Assembly: GCA_016839555.1 (NCBI GenBank)
Contig: JAEOUA010000005.1
Coordinates: 1-64,000 of the forward strand
Length of the DNA: 64,000 nucleotides
Source of the DNA: Promethearchaeota archaeon
GTDB lineage: Archaea > Asgardarchaeota > Lokiarchaeia > Sigyniarchaeales > SOKP01
Reading direction: 5' to 3'
Below are positions 1 to 9,845 of the stretch, one piece after another; position 1 is the first letter of the stretch; every line of letters starts with the position of its first letter. The notes beneath the pieces are model-generated. The model did not search any database. It was not told the origin of the DNA and saw only the letters and a program-made list of their open reading frames with translations. The position numbers were made by a program, and so were the translations under genes.

Positions 1-62
1 AATATCTAACCTTATTTTTATGATGTCAGGGTTTTTTCTATTTTTCACTTTCAATCACTTTT

Positions 63-125
63 ATTCACGATCTATGTATAATAGGTATTCAACTTCTTAT
101 TTAAATTTAGTGATAGATCGTGAAT
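63..125. promoter_or_regulatory. 13-bp perfect inverted repeat upstream of the RHH gene (candidate operator)
   Basis: ATTCACGATCTAT (63-75) and ATAGATCGTGAAT (113-125) with a 37-bp spacer; further TCAC/GTGA half-sites nearby. Confidence 0.5.
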
Positions 126-187
126 CTTTATTATGAAACGTGAAATAAATGGAATAATTCTAATATATAAAGGATTTATAATACATA

Positions 188-343
188 ATGGTTGAAAAAG
201 TGATCAAAATACGGATTAACTTAGAAGGAAAAAACAAGGAAATGTTCGAAAAAATTAAGGAGAAATATAATCTATCGACAAATACAGAGACTATTAGGCT
301 TATAATTAAATCTGCTTATGAAAATGAGTTTAGTAAGGATTAA
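188..343 (+). CDS. small ribbon-helix-helix (CopG/MetJ-like) DNA-binding protein, 51 aa
   Basis: Hand translation MVEKVIKIRINLEGKNKEMFEKIKEKYNLSTNTETIRLIIKSAYENEFSKD shows an alternating beta strand then two helices. It is below the ORF-track size cutoff. Confidence 0.65.
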   Translation: MVEKVIKIRINLEGKNKEMFEKIKEKYNLSTNTETIRLIIKSAYENEFSKD

Positions 344-1447
344 ACCATTAATGTTATCTCTTTTTTATATCATCTAATTGGTTTCTACTATTATTAATTA
401 AAAATATTTCAAGTAAATATATTTTAAAAGGACTAATGAGACCAAAACCTATAACTTTTAAGGTACTCAATTATCTCTAAAATCATATATAGGATAATGA
501 ATGGTGATGACATTATTGGCTAGAACAAAGTCTTACTGAAACTTAACAAAAAATTCTTTGATGTATTTTCCTTTTTTTCCTTCAATAAGTATTCTTTCTC
601 TCTTAAAGGTTCTCTGAATTCTATATTTCATTTTAATAATTTTTTTATGTCTTTATAATAAAGTGCAAATAATATTAAATTCTTAAGGTAAGATAAAGAA
701 TATTTTATTATTTTTATCCTTTTTAAATCCTTCACAAAATTTTTTGGCGCGTGGGTCTAATAGATTTTCTAATTCGCTATCCTTTGATGAGCGAAGATGA
801 TGAGTTCCGTCCAAATTATCCACATATTCAAGCCCTTTTGACGGATTTTTCAATGTTTTATAGGGTTGTTTATATAAGATTTTGCAAACTGAATGGGGAT
901 TTTGTTTTATTAATATCATTTCAAATTTTAATAATTTTTTTTTTATTATATAGATGTAATTATGGTTACCTTATAAATTTTTGTCGCAATCCTGAAAAAG
1001 ATTGATAAGATATGAAATTATTTTGATTCAAATGTTATCATTTATATAATAATTCCCTCTATTGATAAAAAAGAAGTTAAAACAATAAAAATCCATAAAA
1101 TATTTAGTTTAAAAAATTAACAATTTCTAATTAATTAGATTAAATTGTCGGAAATTTAGGTGGTTTTTTTTAAAAATTTTCAAATTTGCTCCAATCTAGA
1201 TTTTTACATTTTGGAGGATTAGTAAGTAAATATTCGTAGTAAATCCCTTTTCTTTTCAAATGGGATAAAATGAACAAGGTTTATTAAAAATAGATGAAAT
1301 TGAATATATTAATTATAAAGAAATTTTTAATAATTTAGATAATTTATCTTTTAATTTAAACTAATATCTTCCTAGCGGAAAGAAATCCGACTCAATTTAG
1401 AAGAATCCTTATACTATAAGATAAAATGAATTCAAACAAGTCAGAGA

Positions 1448-1657
1448 TTAACTACTGTCTTTACATTTATTAAGATACTCTCCATAATTTTTTAGTATTA
1501 AAATATCCTTTTTGGTTAACTTATTGGTAAAAATTAAAGTATTATAATCGATTTTGTCCAATCGATATGTTAATTGTACTAAATCATCTCTCATTTGATC
1601 GTAAGTTTCATTTATCTGTAAGATTTTTTGAAAAAATAAGTGAATATATTTATTCAA
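1448..1657 (-). pseudogene. hypothetical protein fragment, probably decayed
   Basis: The reading frame continues upstream through two in-frame TAG codons; no recognisable motif. Confidence 0.2.
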
Positions 1658-1849
1658 CCGTAAAAGCTTTTCGAGAGGAAATTTCTAATTCTAAATTACT
1701 TTTTTACTTTCGTTTATACTTAGCCTTTTTTTAATTTCTCTAACATTTTTTTTATAAGAGAGAAAGTTATTCTGATATAAATCTTTATTATAAAATTTAA
1801 AATTTTCAATTTTTGTCCAATAGATTTAAATATGTGCTTTTCATATGTA

Positions 1850-2120
1850 TGTTTGACAGACGCATCTCATGAATCGAGGTTTGTTAAAAAATAGAATCCT
1901 TACTTAAATCCCTGGATTTTTGTCTTTTGGTGTTCTACGATACGTATGTAGCGTAGAAATCTTCTTTAGTTCTCCTTGTAATGTTTGGTTTTAAGTGGGG
2001 ACCCCTATTTTTTGCTTCTTTTTCCTATTTTTAATTATACGATTTCATATTAAACCCACATATCTTTTTCTTTAAATAGAAGGAGTGTAAATAACTGCTA
2101 ACAATACTCATTTGAGGTGA
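1850..2120 (+). ncRNA. candidate structured leader RNA upstream of ORF 2133
   Basis: TATA TTTAAATA at 1825-1832; hairpin at 1933-1958; nested complementarity 1972-1980/2077-2085 and 1981-1994/2050-2061. Confidence 0.3.
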
Positions 2121-2132
2121 AATAATACAAAA

Positions 2133-2453
2133 ATGGCAGATGTCTATGCTCAGTTGGAAGACCACCTTCAAAATGGTGAGGATTGGGCGAAATTAGAAAC
2201 TCCGATTCCCGGAGTAAACATAGTGAAGGTACCCGCCACTAAGAATAGGGCTCCGATGCTCTTTTTGGAGATTAATCCGCTGAAGGATAATGGCACACCC
2301 ATGAAAAGAAAAGGATTGTTTATCAGGAATTATGAGATGCTGGTAAAATACGGCGAGGCGCTTACTGATGATAAAGTGATCCAGTTGATACAGTATATAG
2401 AAAATATTAATCCCCCTCCCGAAAAAAAGCAGGTGAAAACCTTACGAATGTAG
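2133..2453 (+). CDS. conserved-looking archaeal hypothetical protein (small beta-rich domain plus C-terminal helix)
   Basis: 106 aa; GAGGTGA RBS at about 2114-2120; GC higher than the flanks; motifs W..LETPIPGV.IVKVP and EINP...G.P.KRKGL. Confidence 0.75.
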   Translation: MADVYAQLEDHLQNGEDWAKLETPIPGVNIVKVPATKNRAPMLFLEINPLKDNGTPMKRKGLFIRNYEMLVKYGEALTDDKVIQLIQYIENINPPPEKKQVKTLRM

Positions 2454-2697
2454 GATTATTAAATATCTTTTTTATTTTTTAAATCTTTTTTTTTAGATAT
2501 TTTTATGCTTTTTTTTTAAATAGGTATATGAAAAATAATTAATTTTACCAAGAAGAGAGTTTCTTAAGGAAGGCAAAGATAAATGTAAGGAAATATTTAT
2601 GTATTTTGAAGGGAATTTTACAAAATCTTATAATTTCAAGTTATAGAAAATTATCAGAATTATGAATATTATCTAATATTAATAAAACAAAAAAAAT

Positions 2698-4401
2698 TTG
2701 AAAAACAAAAAAGAAGTAATAAACAAAATGAAAGATGAGCTTTTATTTAAAGACTGGATAGCAAAAAAAGAGTGGGAGGATCCCGATTGGATTATTATCT
2801 CAAGGTTTACTTATGGAGATGATAAATTCTGGACACATTCTGTATTACTATTTTTAGATCGTATTGGAGATAGGAACGAAAGTGTACCATATGAAATAAA
2901 ACCAGAAATTCGTAAAGAAATCCTCAAAAGATTATTTGATGACTATTACCTCGATAATGATCTTCTTGGTGATTTTGGAATTCCTTATTTTGGAACGAAT
3001 TATAATTTATTTTTTAACGATCACGTAGTAGATAAAAGAGAATTGAGATTTCGACCATTAATATATACTTATGATTTCAGCGAAAATATTATTAATAGAA
3101 GAGACCCATTGGAGATTTATTTATCCTCTGATTTTGTCACATTATATAAATTGAAAAGAATAGATAACGTTTTTAAACGTGTTGATGATATGGGAAATGA
3201 AGTGGAAGTTGTAAAAATTGAAACTAATGATAACGGTGACATTATAATGAAAGTCAGGACAAATTATATAAAAGACTTTATTACATCAGCTAATATGGCT
3301 TTAGTTCGAATTCATAGTCATCTAAGATATCGGAATACTGAATTCAAGATAGAACAAAATGAATATAAAATTAAAGATAAAACACACTTTTATAAAATAT
3401 GGTATATTGGTAAGCAATTAATGCTTCTCGATCCTGGACAAATGGCATCCCAATTAAGAGGTATAGATATTATTTTGCCCTACGATAATCCTATCAATGA
3501 AAATCGGATATTTGGACCAAAACCAGAATTAGATATCGAATTTATTGTAGGAAAAAATGATGATGGAACAAATAAGATGATGAATCTGAAAGACGCAAGT
3601 TATATAAAGCAGGCATTTCTTCAATTTGTCTGTTTTAAAAAAACCATTATGCAGAAGTTTTATCAAAGAACTGAACTATATTCAGTTGAAGAGGGTTCTC
3701 ATATAAGAGGTCCCAGGTATTTTCTTTCATATAATAACACACCAGAGGACTCAATAATGGTTTATTTAGGGGATTTAGCCAAATTACCTCCAAGAGAACT
3801 TCAATATTTCAAAAGTTATAATATAAATTGTCCAAAAAATTCAATCACAGAAGATAGATTCAGAAGAGATTTTTTAGCGGAATTTACTTCTCCTCAAGAT
3901 TTTGATTTTCAATTTAAAGAAAAAATTAATGATTTAAATCAGTTATTTAAAAATAAGTTTGGTTTCAACCTTTTTCAAATTAAAAAAGGAGCATCATCAA
4001 ATTATTTAAATCAGATTCATCTCCCTGTATCACTGGATAAGAAAGAGTTTAAGGATGTTATTCTTATAGCTAATAAAGCATTAGTTGAGTCTATTCCTAC
4101 ATCTAAATTAAAAAAATTATTAACTAATCCAAAAGAAGCAAAAAACTTAAAATCTTTAAAAACCCTGCAAAAATTTTTAGCAGAATCATTTCCAATATGG
4201 GTAAATCCAGTTGAATTTCTATTCCACCTTAATGATCTAAGAAATATATATGCCGCACATATACCAGGTACATCATATCAAAAATTTTTGGAAAACCATA
4301 ATTTATTATCAAAAAATACTAAAGAACTTTCAAAATGGCTTTTTTCTGGAATAATGGAATTTGTAAATACATTTATTGATAAACTAAAAGAAATATATTA
4401 A
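2698..4401 (+). CDS. hypothetical protein with C-terminal HEPN-like RNase motif
   Basis: 567 aa; LRNIYAAH (Rx5H) in a helical C-terminal domain; likely true start is ATG 2728. Confidence 0.6.
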   Translation: MKNKKEVINKMKDELLFKDWIAKKEWEDPDWIIISRFTYGDDKFWTHSVLLFLDRIGDRNESVPYEIKPEIRKEILKRLFDDYYLDNDLLGDFGIPYFGTNYNLFFNDHVVDKRELRFRPLIYTYDFSENIINRRDPLEIYLSSDFVTLYKLKRIDNVFKRVDDMGNEVEVVKIETNDNGDIIMKVRTNYIKDFITSANMALVRIHSHLRYRNTEFKIEQNEYKIKDKTHFYKIWYIGKQLMLLDPGQMASQLRGIDIILPYDNPINENRIFGPKPELDIEFIVGKNDDGTNKMMNLKDASYIKQAFLQFVCFKKTIMQKFYQRTELYSVEEGSHIRGPRYFLSYNNTPEDSIMVYLGDLAKLPPRELQYFKSYNINCPKNSITEDRFRRDFLAEFTSPQDFDFQFKEKINDLNQLFKNKFGFNLFQIKKGASSNYLNQIHLPVSLDKKEFKDVILIANKALVESIPTSKLKKLLTNPKEAKNLKSLKTLQKFLAESFPIWVNPVEFLFHLNDLRNIYAAHIPGTSYQKFLENHNLLSKNTKELSKWLFSGIMEFVNTFIDKLKEIY

Positions 4402-4497
4402 ATTCTGAACCATTTCTGTAAAGAAAAACTTAAGTAGTTATTTGATCTATTATTAATAAAAAAGATTTATAACAAGAATCCTAATAATTAAACATTA

Positions 4498-4716
4498 ATG
4501 GAAGAACTCAAAAGGTTCACTAAAAAAATGTCAATAAATGAAGAATGTATTTTGAAAATATTTTCAGAACGATGGGATGGCGAAATAAGTATAAGTGCAA
4601 AAAAAATGGTACTAATTGGGATCTATATAAAATTAAACAAGGCAATACAAAAATTATTTGATTTATACCGACCAGTACCAAAATATGATAATTTCCTCTT
4701 TTTTAGGAATCCTTAA
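4498..4716 (+). CDS. hypothetical protein or fragment
   Basis: 72 aa ORF with ATG start; no motif. Confidence 0.25.
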   Translation: MEELKRFTKKMSINEECILKIFSERWDGEISISAKKMVLIGIYIKLNKAIQKLFDLYRPVPKYDNFLFFRNP

Positions 4717-4750
4717 ATTATCTCATAAATCTTCTAAATCAAGTCCTTCT

Positions 4751-5527
4751 TCAAGAAGGAGAAATTACAATCTTTTTCTTATTTAAACGAATTTCTATTA
4801 TCTTTATTAAAAAGAATGATTCAATACTTTTTTTAAAAAACAATTTTAATTCAAGGTAAAAATCTAAAGCTTCTTCTAAGATCATTTTTTTTGTAAAATT
4901 ATCATATCTTTTATAAAATTTTTGGTCTTCATGTTTTAGATTATCCACTATATTATAAAGCTTTCCGAACAATTTGAAGAAACCTATTGAAGCAAGATCA
5001 AAAAATTTTTTCATTTCTGATTTTAGATCTCCTCTAGACATATCTTCCCATTCATAATCTAAGGATTTATCTTTGATGATATAAATCATCTTTTTTATAT
5101 AATTTTCAAACAAAGAACTTAAAAACAAGAGATATTCTGAATATATGATTAATTGTTTAGTCTTGGAATTAGAATGAATATAGAAATTTTGTTTAAATAT
5201 GGTAAAACTTTTAATCAATTTCGGCATATAATCATTTTTAAGATCTCGTAAATCCTTTGAGAACCTATCCATTAATTCTGTAGGAATAAGTTTTCTAATT
5301 TGATTCAAAATCTTAGAGAAATTATTGAACCAACTGGATTTTATAATAGACATCATACTTTGAACCATTGGATCCATCAGATCAGAAATATTAATAATTG
5401 TATCAATAAGGTCATTAGGCATTTGTATTTTCAAAATACTATTAAAAATTGGGCTTAAATCATTCAAATTTGGCAGATTATCAGTAATTTCATTAAGTTT
5501 TTCATTAATTTTTGGTTCTTTTTCCAT
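4751..5527 (-). CDS. helical protein with degenerate HEPN-like domain
   Basis: LSSLFENYIK helix with Glu, then NIVDNLKH (variant of RNxxxH lacking Arg). Confidence 0.5.
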   Translation of the reverse strand: MEKEPKINEKLNEITDNLPNLNDLSPIFNSILKIQMPNDLIDTIINISDLMDPMVQSMMSIIKSSWFNNFSKILNQIRKLIPTELMDRFSKDLRDLKNDYMPKLIKSFTIFKQNFYIHSNSKTKQLIIYSEYLLFLSSLFENYIKKMIYIIKDKSLDYEWEDMSRGDLKSEMKKFFDLASIGFFKLFGKLYNIVDNLKHEDQKFYKRYDNFTKKMILEEALDFYLELKLFFKKSIESFFLIKIIEIRLNKKKIVISPS

Positions 5528-5787
5528 TATTTAATTCTCATTTTATATTAAATTATTATTAAGATATATTAATTTGTATTAATATTTAAATCTATTTACC
5601 AAAACTATTATTTCACTAACAAGATTGATAAATAATAAGAATATTTTATATTTAAGAAAGATTATTATTATCCAATCAAACATCTAAAAGTTAATAAGCC
5701 TTTTTTATATTTAATTGCTTTTATTAAGGTTTAATTGAAAGTTTTTGAATGTTATTCATATAAATAAGATTAAATTCAAAAATTATA

Positions 5788-6645
5788 TTAAAAATCATCT
5801 AATGTTTTTATGTCCTTTCTCTTAAAAATATCCCAAAATTTTGGATCTATGGTATATGTATGAGGGAATATTTTAATTCCATAGCCATTAACTCTATCTC
5901 CTTCGCTTCGATGGAATAAATGACCTATCTCACTCAAAAATGTATCACAATGTTCATTAAAAAATGCTGTGGGGTTCCGATTTAAAATTTTATAAACATA
6001 TCTTCTCAAAACATAGGCTACAGCATCGGCAATCTGAACCCCTAAATGAACTTGAGAATCCACTATGAATGGTGTTTCAAAAACATTTTCAGCATATTCT
6101 TCCCATCCATGACCTGTCCCCGAAATCACAAATTCCTTCATCATTTCTCTTTTTTGATCATCAGAATCGGGTCCTTCAGAATCTAAAACTGTTAAAAGAA
6201 ATTGATCTAAATTTCCTTTATATCGGATAAATCTTTGAAGCCTTTCGACTAATAAAGTAAATGCCCACTTTTTTACATCTTCAAAGCCTTCTTCTTTGAA
6301 TTTATCCTTTATGATTATTGATGAAATTATATGAATATTCAATTTGCTTATTCTTTTAAAAATATTTTTCATTACGCTAAACCATTTTTCGTCATCATTT
6401 TCCAAACTTTTAAAAAAGTGTGTTCGATTACAAATTTCTTTCATATGTAATTCAAAATCATCGGGAGCAGTCGGTCTAGTTTTATCTCCAAGTAAATACC
6501 ATATCATTCCTTTTAATGATTTACATTCCTTTTGAAACTTGACTAGATTACTTTCATGAATGATAACTGCTACCAGAACAAATTCTAGAGAGGTTTGATC
6601 ATCCATACTATAATTTCCCGATTCGTCTATATACGCCAAATACAA
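5788..6645 (-). CDS. DUF3800-family protein (RNase H-like fold)
   Basis: N-terminal YIDESG, ELH motif, and QIADAVAY, all typical of DUF3800. Confidence 0.85.
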   Translation of the reverse strand: MYLAYIDESGNYSMDDQTSLEFVLVAVIIHESNLVKFQKECKSLKGMIWYLLGDKTRPTAPDDFELHMKEICNRTHFFKSLENDDEKWFSVMKNIFKRISKLNIHIISSIIIKDKFKEEGFEDVKKWAFTLLVERLQRFIRYKGNLDQFLLTVLDSEGPDSDDQKREMMKEFVISGTGHGWEEYAENVFETPFIVDSQVHLGVQIADAVAYVLRRYVYKILNRNPTAFFNEHCDTFLSEIGHLFHRSEGDRVNGYGIKIFPHTYTIDPKFWDIFKRKDIKTLDDF

Positions 6646-6805
6646 ATCTGTATCACTTTTTTTATTAATCTCTTCTTATAGAAAACTTATTTATCAAATA
6701 TAAAAGAAATTTCTACAATTGTGATTATAAATTATTTTAAAAGAATATCATTCAAATAATGAATAAAATTTATTATTTTATAAGGATGCTTCACTTGATG
6801 AAAAG

Positions 6806-7135
6806 TTATACTTCTCCCAATGATTCCCATGCTTTTTTCAACCCTGTAATTAGAGCCTCAATTAAAATACTATTATTATAGGGCTTCTTAGAATCTACTA
6901 ATGAGAGAGTTTTTTCATCGGAATCCGTAAAAATATATGTTTCGACTTCACCAATTGCCACATAATAATTTTGATCTTGATTAGACTTAAGAAAATCTTT
7001 AATACTCTTCAAAATTATCTGATATTTTTTTCTTAAAGATTCTGAATAAGCTTTAGTTGTTTTTTCCTCAAATTCTTTATCAATTTTGTGAAATTCTTTT
7101 ACTAAATTTTTCCCTTTACTGATGTTCTCATTCAT
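6806..7135 (-). CDS. hypothetical protein, paralog of 12130-12486
   Basis: Shared KKYQxILxxIKxFLKS, LxLVDxxKPY and LIEALIxxLxxxW. Confidence 0.7.
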   Translation of the reverse strand: MNENISKGKNLVKEFHKIDKEFEEKTTKAYSESLRKKYQIILKSIKDFLKSNQDQNYYVAIGEVETYIFTDSDEKTLSLVDSKKPYNNSILIEALITGLKKAWESLGEV

Positions 7136-7444
7136 TTATTTACATCTCTTTTTCTTTTAATTCTAATAAAAATCTTTTTTAATTTTATATATGTTTAAAA
7201 GTCTATAATATTGCTCAAAAGATTTATTGTATAAATCTAATTGATATATATAGTGCATATCTTATAAATACTTGCTTTATTACTTTTATGTAAAAGTAAA
7301 AATAAAAGTAAAAGTTTTAGTAAAAGTATTTTCTGTTAAATTAGAAAATTTCCTTGATTACTAAAGGATCTTATGAACCTATTATTCAAATAGTTTCATA
7401 TAATAAATAAATGATAATAATAATTATAAGCTAGTATATAGTTA

Positions 7445-7791
7445 TTAATCAGTATTTTTCTTCTCAATGAATCTTTTTCCTTTTTGAGTTAAATGGTATC
7501 CTTCAATATTATTATTATATTTATTTAAATGAGGAGTAATTAATCTTTTTTGTATATAATCCCATAATTTATCATTTAATTTATAGTAAGTACTTTGATC
7601 TAACTCTGAATGAGGTTCAATAAATTTTAAACTTTTAGCAATATCTTTCATACGTGAAATATTTATTCTTGTCTTTGATATCCTGTTTTATTTAAAGGGA
7701 TTTCTGTAAAATTATACAATCGTTTCATAAATTCATCCATCACTCTCTCAATCTGAATATCACTTAAATTTTCATATCTTCTTCTAATTAT
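7445..7791 (-). pseudogene. winged-helix protein, probably frameshifted
   Basis: 7445-7651 ends with the wing motif YHLTQKG; an overlapping upstream frame (7663-7791) follows a GGTGA RBS. Confidence 0.35.
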
Positions 7792-8089
7792 ATTTCACCT
7801 TTATAAATTTCTATATTCATTATTTGTCTTTTTACAAACAAAATAAAAATTTATGTAATATTTAAATTTTATTGACCTAATAAATTTAATTTAAGACTAC
7901 AAATCTATAATGAAATTTCAGATTAAAGAAAAGAAAGTTTTCTATCATTAATAATCGACTTAAAAAAAGTAGGAATGAATGTATAAATTTTCTTAAGATC
8001 TGGAGCTCCCGATATAATGTATCTAATTTCATAAAAAATGTTATTATCAATTTCCATTTTTCAATAAATTTATTGAATAAATATATATC

Positions 8090-8686
8090 CTATATTAATG
8101 AAATTATTAAACGTGGATACAACCACTCTAAATCATCCTTAAATTTTTTGGACCAATAATATTGTTTCTGCTTATATATCTCTTTAGCAATTGTTTCAAT
8201 AATTTTTTTATGAATAATTCCAAATTTTTTTCCCTTAATTTGACTTCGATAATCATCTCGGAAATCTTTAGGATCTTTAATCAATTCTTTTGGCGGTAAT
8301 TGAGAAACAAAATAATTCATCAACTCTTGGTATCTTTTTCGCCAAAATTTATAATCTTGACATATAAACCAAATGTTATCATTTAATTTGAATAATTTAA
8401 AATCAAAATACTTACATATTAAGATAATATTTCCTTCAGAAATTATTTCATTAAGATTTAATAATTCATAGAAATCGGTTGGAGAAATCAATTCTGGTTG
8501 AGTAAAGTCATTCCATATAATAAATGCTAAACTATCTATAAGCACTTTTTGACTATCCTTTGCTTTTTTCAAAAGATTGGATAATTCTTTTACGGCTAAA
8601 CTAAGGTTTTGAGTAAATAATTTCAACAAAATTTCATTTTTATTAAAAACATTGATTTTCGAAAAACGATACAATAACGACTCCAT
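8090..8686 (-). CDS. hypothetical protein (third gene of the operon)
   Basis: 198 aa; 24 bp downstream of the previous gene, same strand. Confidence 0.65.
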   Translation of the reverse strand: MESLLYRFSKINVFNKNEILLKLFTQNLSLAVKELSNLLKKAKDSQKVLIDSLAFIIWNDFTQPELISPTDFYELLNLNEIISEGNIILICKYFDFKLFKLNDNIWFICQDYKFWRKRYQELMNYFVSQLPPKELIKDPKDFRDDYRSQIKGKKFGIIHKKIIETIAKEIYKQKQYYWSKKFKDDLEWLYPRLIISLI

Positions 8687-8710
8687 TTCCGCTTCTGCTG
8701 CTTTGGGTAT

Positions 8711-9001
8711 TTAAACCTCAGGCATAGAAGTAAGTTCTTTCCAAAGATTCCAACCTAAATCACTAATAAAATATTTCGATGATTCTTCACCTTTAAGAAG
8801 TATTCCCATTTTTACAAATTCATTAATATATTGATAATAAGATGCCCGAACGCATATTGCATTTGTTCCGGTCGTAACACGCAAATACAATTCTACATTT
8901 GGAATAAATCGTCCCGCATCGTAATTTGGATCAAATTGAGCGATAAAATTTTTTTTCTTATCAGTTAAATTATCTAATATCTTATTAATTTTATTTTTCA
9001 T
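8711..9001 (-). CDS. winged helix-turn-helix protein
   Basis: YINEFVKMGIL...KYFISDLG recognition-helix and wing pattern. Confidence 0.55.
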   Translation of the reverse strand: MKNKINKILDNLTDKKKNFIAQFDPNYDAGRFIPNVELYLRVTTGTNAICVRASYYQYINEFVKMGILLKGEESSKYFISDLGWNLWKELTSMPEV

Positions 9002-9013
9002 AAAAACTCATTT

Positions 9014-9787
9014 TTATTTTATTATTATTTGAAATGCAAAGTCAATAATATGTGCTATTTTTAACATATAATTTATAAATTCTTCGTTAGAACTCTTTTC
9101 TTCCCAATAGTCTTCTAATTCATTGCAATCTCTCCTCAATTCATCCATTTTAAGCTCAAATTGAGTTAAGCGATCAATAAATGATGTGGGTATAACAATA
9201 TCCTTACGAGTTTCTAAAAATCGTGAATATATTTGGTCTTTTAAATTATCCCATCGAAAATCACACTTCTTTTCAAACTCTGAATGCCTTATTGCCAGAA
9301 TAACCAACCCTGCTGAACCTAAAACACCTGCTCCTACTAATGCCCCTTTCATGATTCCAAGTAGGGACTCTTTTAAGCCTTTTTCTGCATTTTTTAATCC
9401 CCCAATTAATCCACCTAAAAATGCACCTCCCCCTGCTAATGCCAGAACAGGATTTGATTTAGAGAGGAGTGAATGAGGAGGAGTGCCCCAATCCGCTATG
9501 TAATGGGATGCCCACCCTGCAAATCGTATCCAAGAAGGATCATTCTCTCTATATGCATGATATGCCTGTGTAATACATTTAATAGCCAGTTGTTTTGCTC
9601 TAATGGTATGGTTAATCAACCAATCAAAGGGAATTACTAAAGCATTTATCAAATCTTGAGCAATTAATGTTTTGTTTATCTGATCTGGTTCGATAGCTGA
9701 TTCCATTAAGGTTTGTAAATCGTGAGTATCCAAAATAGTCACGTTACCTACTATCTTTGCTAAACCTATGTGTGTATTTTCCTTTAT
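9014..9787 (-). CDS. Zn-dependent phospholipase C / S1-P1 nuclease-fold protein with glycine-rich hydrophobic insert
   Basis: N-terminal xKENTH (frame extends to ATA 9787, 8 nt after GGAGG), EPD, NH, GWASHYIADWGTPPH and HSEFE Zn-ligand motifs. Confidence 0.7.
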   Translation of the reverse strand: MKENTHIGLAKIVGNVTILDTHDLQTLMESAIEPDQINKTLIAQDLINALVIPFDWLINHTIRAKQLAIKCITQAYHAYRENDPSWIRFAGWASHYIADWGTPPHSLLSKSNPVLALAGGGAFLGGLIGGLKNAEKGLKESLLGIMKGALVGAGVLGSAGLVILAIRHSEFEKKCDFRWDNLKDQIYSRFLETRKDIVIPTSFIDRLTQFELKMDELRRDCNELEDYWEEKSSNEEFINYMLKIAHIIDFAFQIIIK

Positions 9788-9845
9788 TTTAAAAACCTCC
9801 TTTTTCCTTAAATAAAATTAGTATATTTAGATATTTAAATGCTCT

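Noticed and set aside
540-1005. ORFs 683-919 (-) and 751-1005 (+) as real genes
   Set aside because: They overlap on opposite strands, have no motifs and are surrounded by stops; at best a decayed remnant
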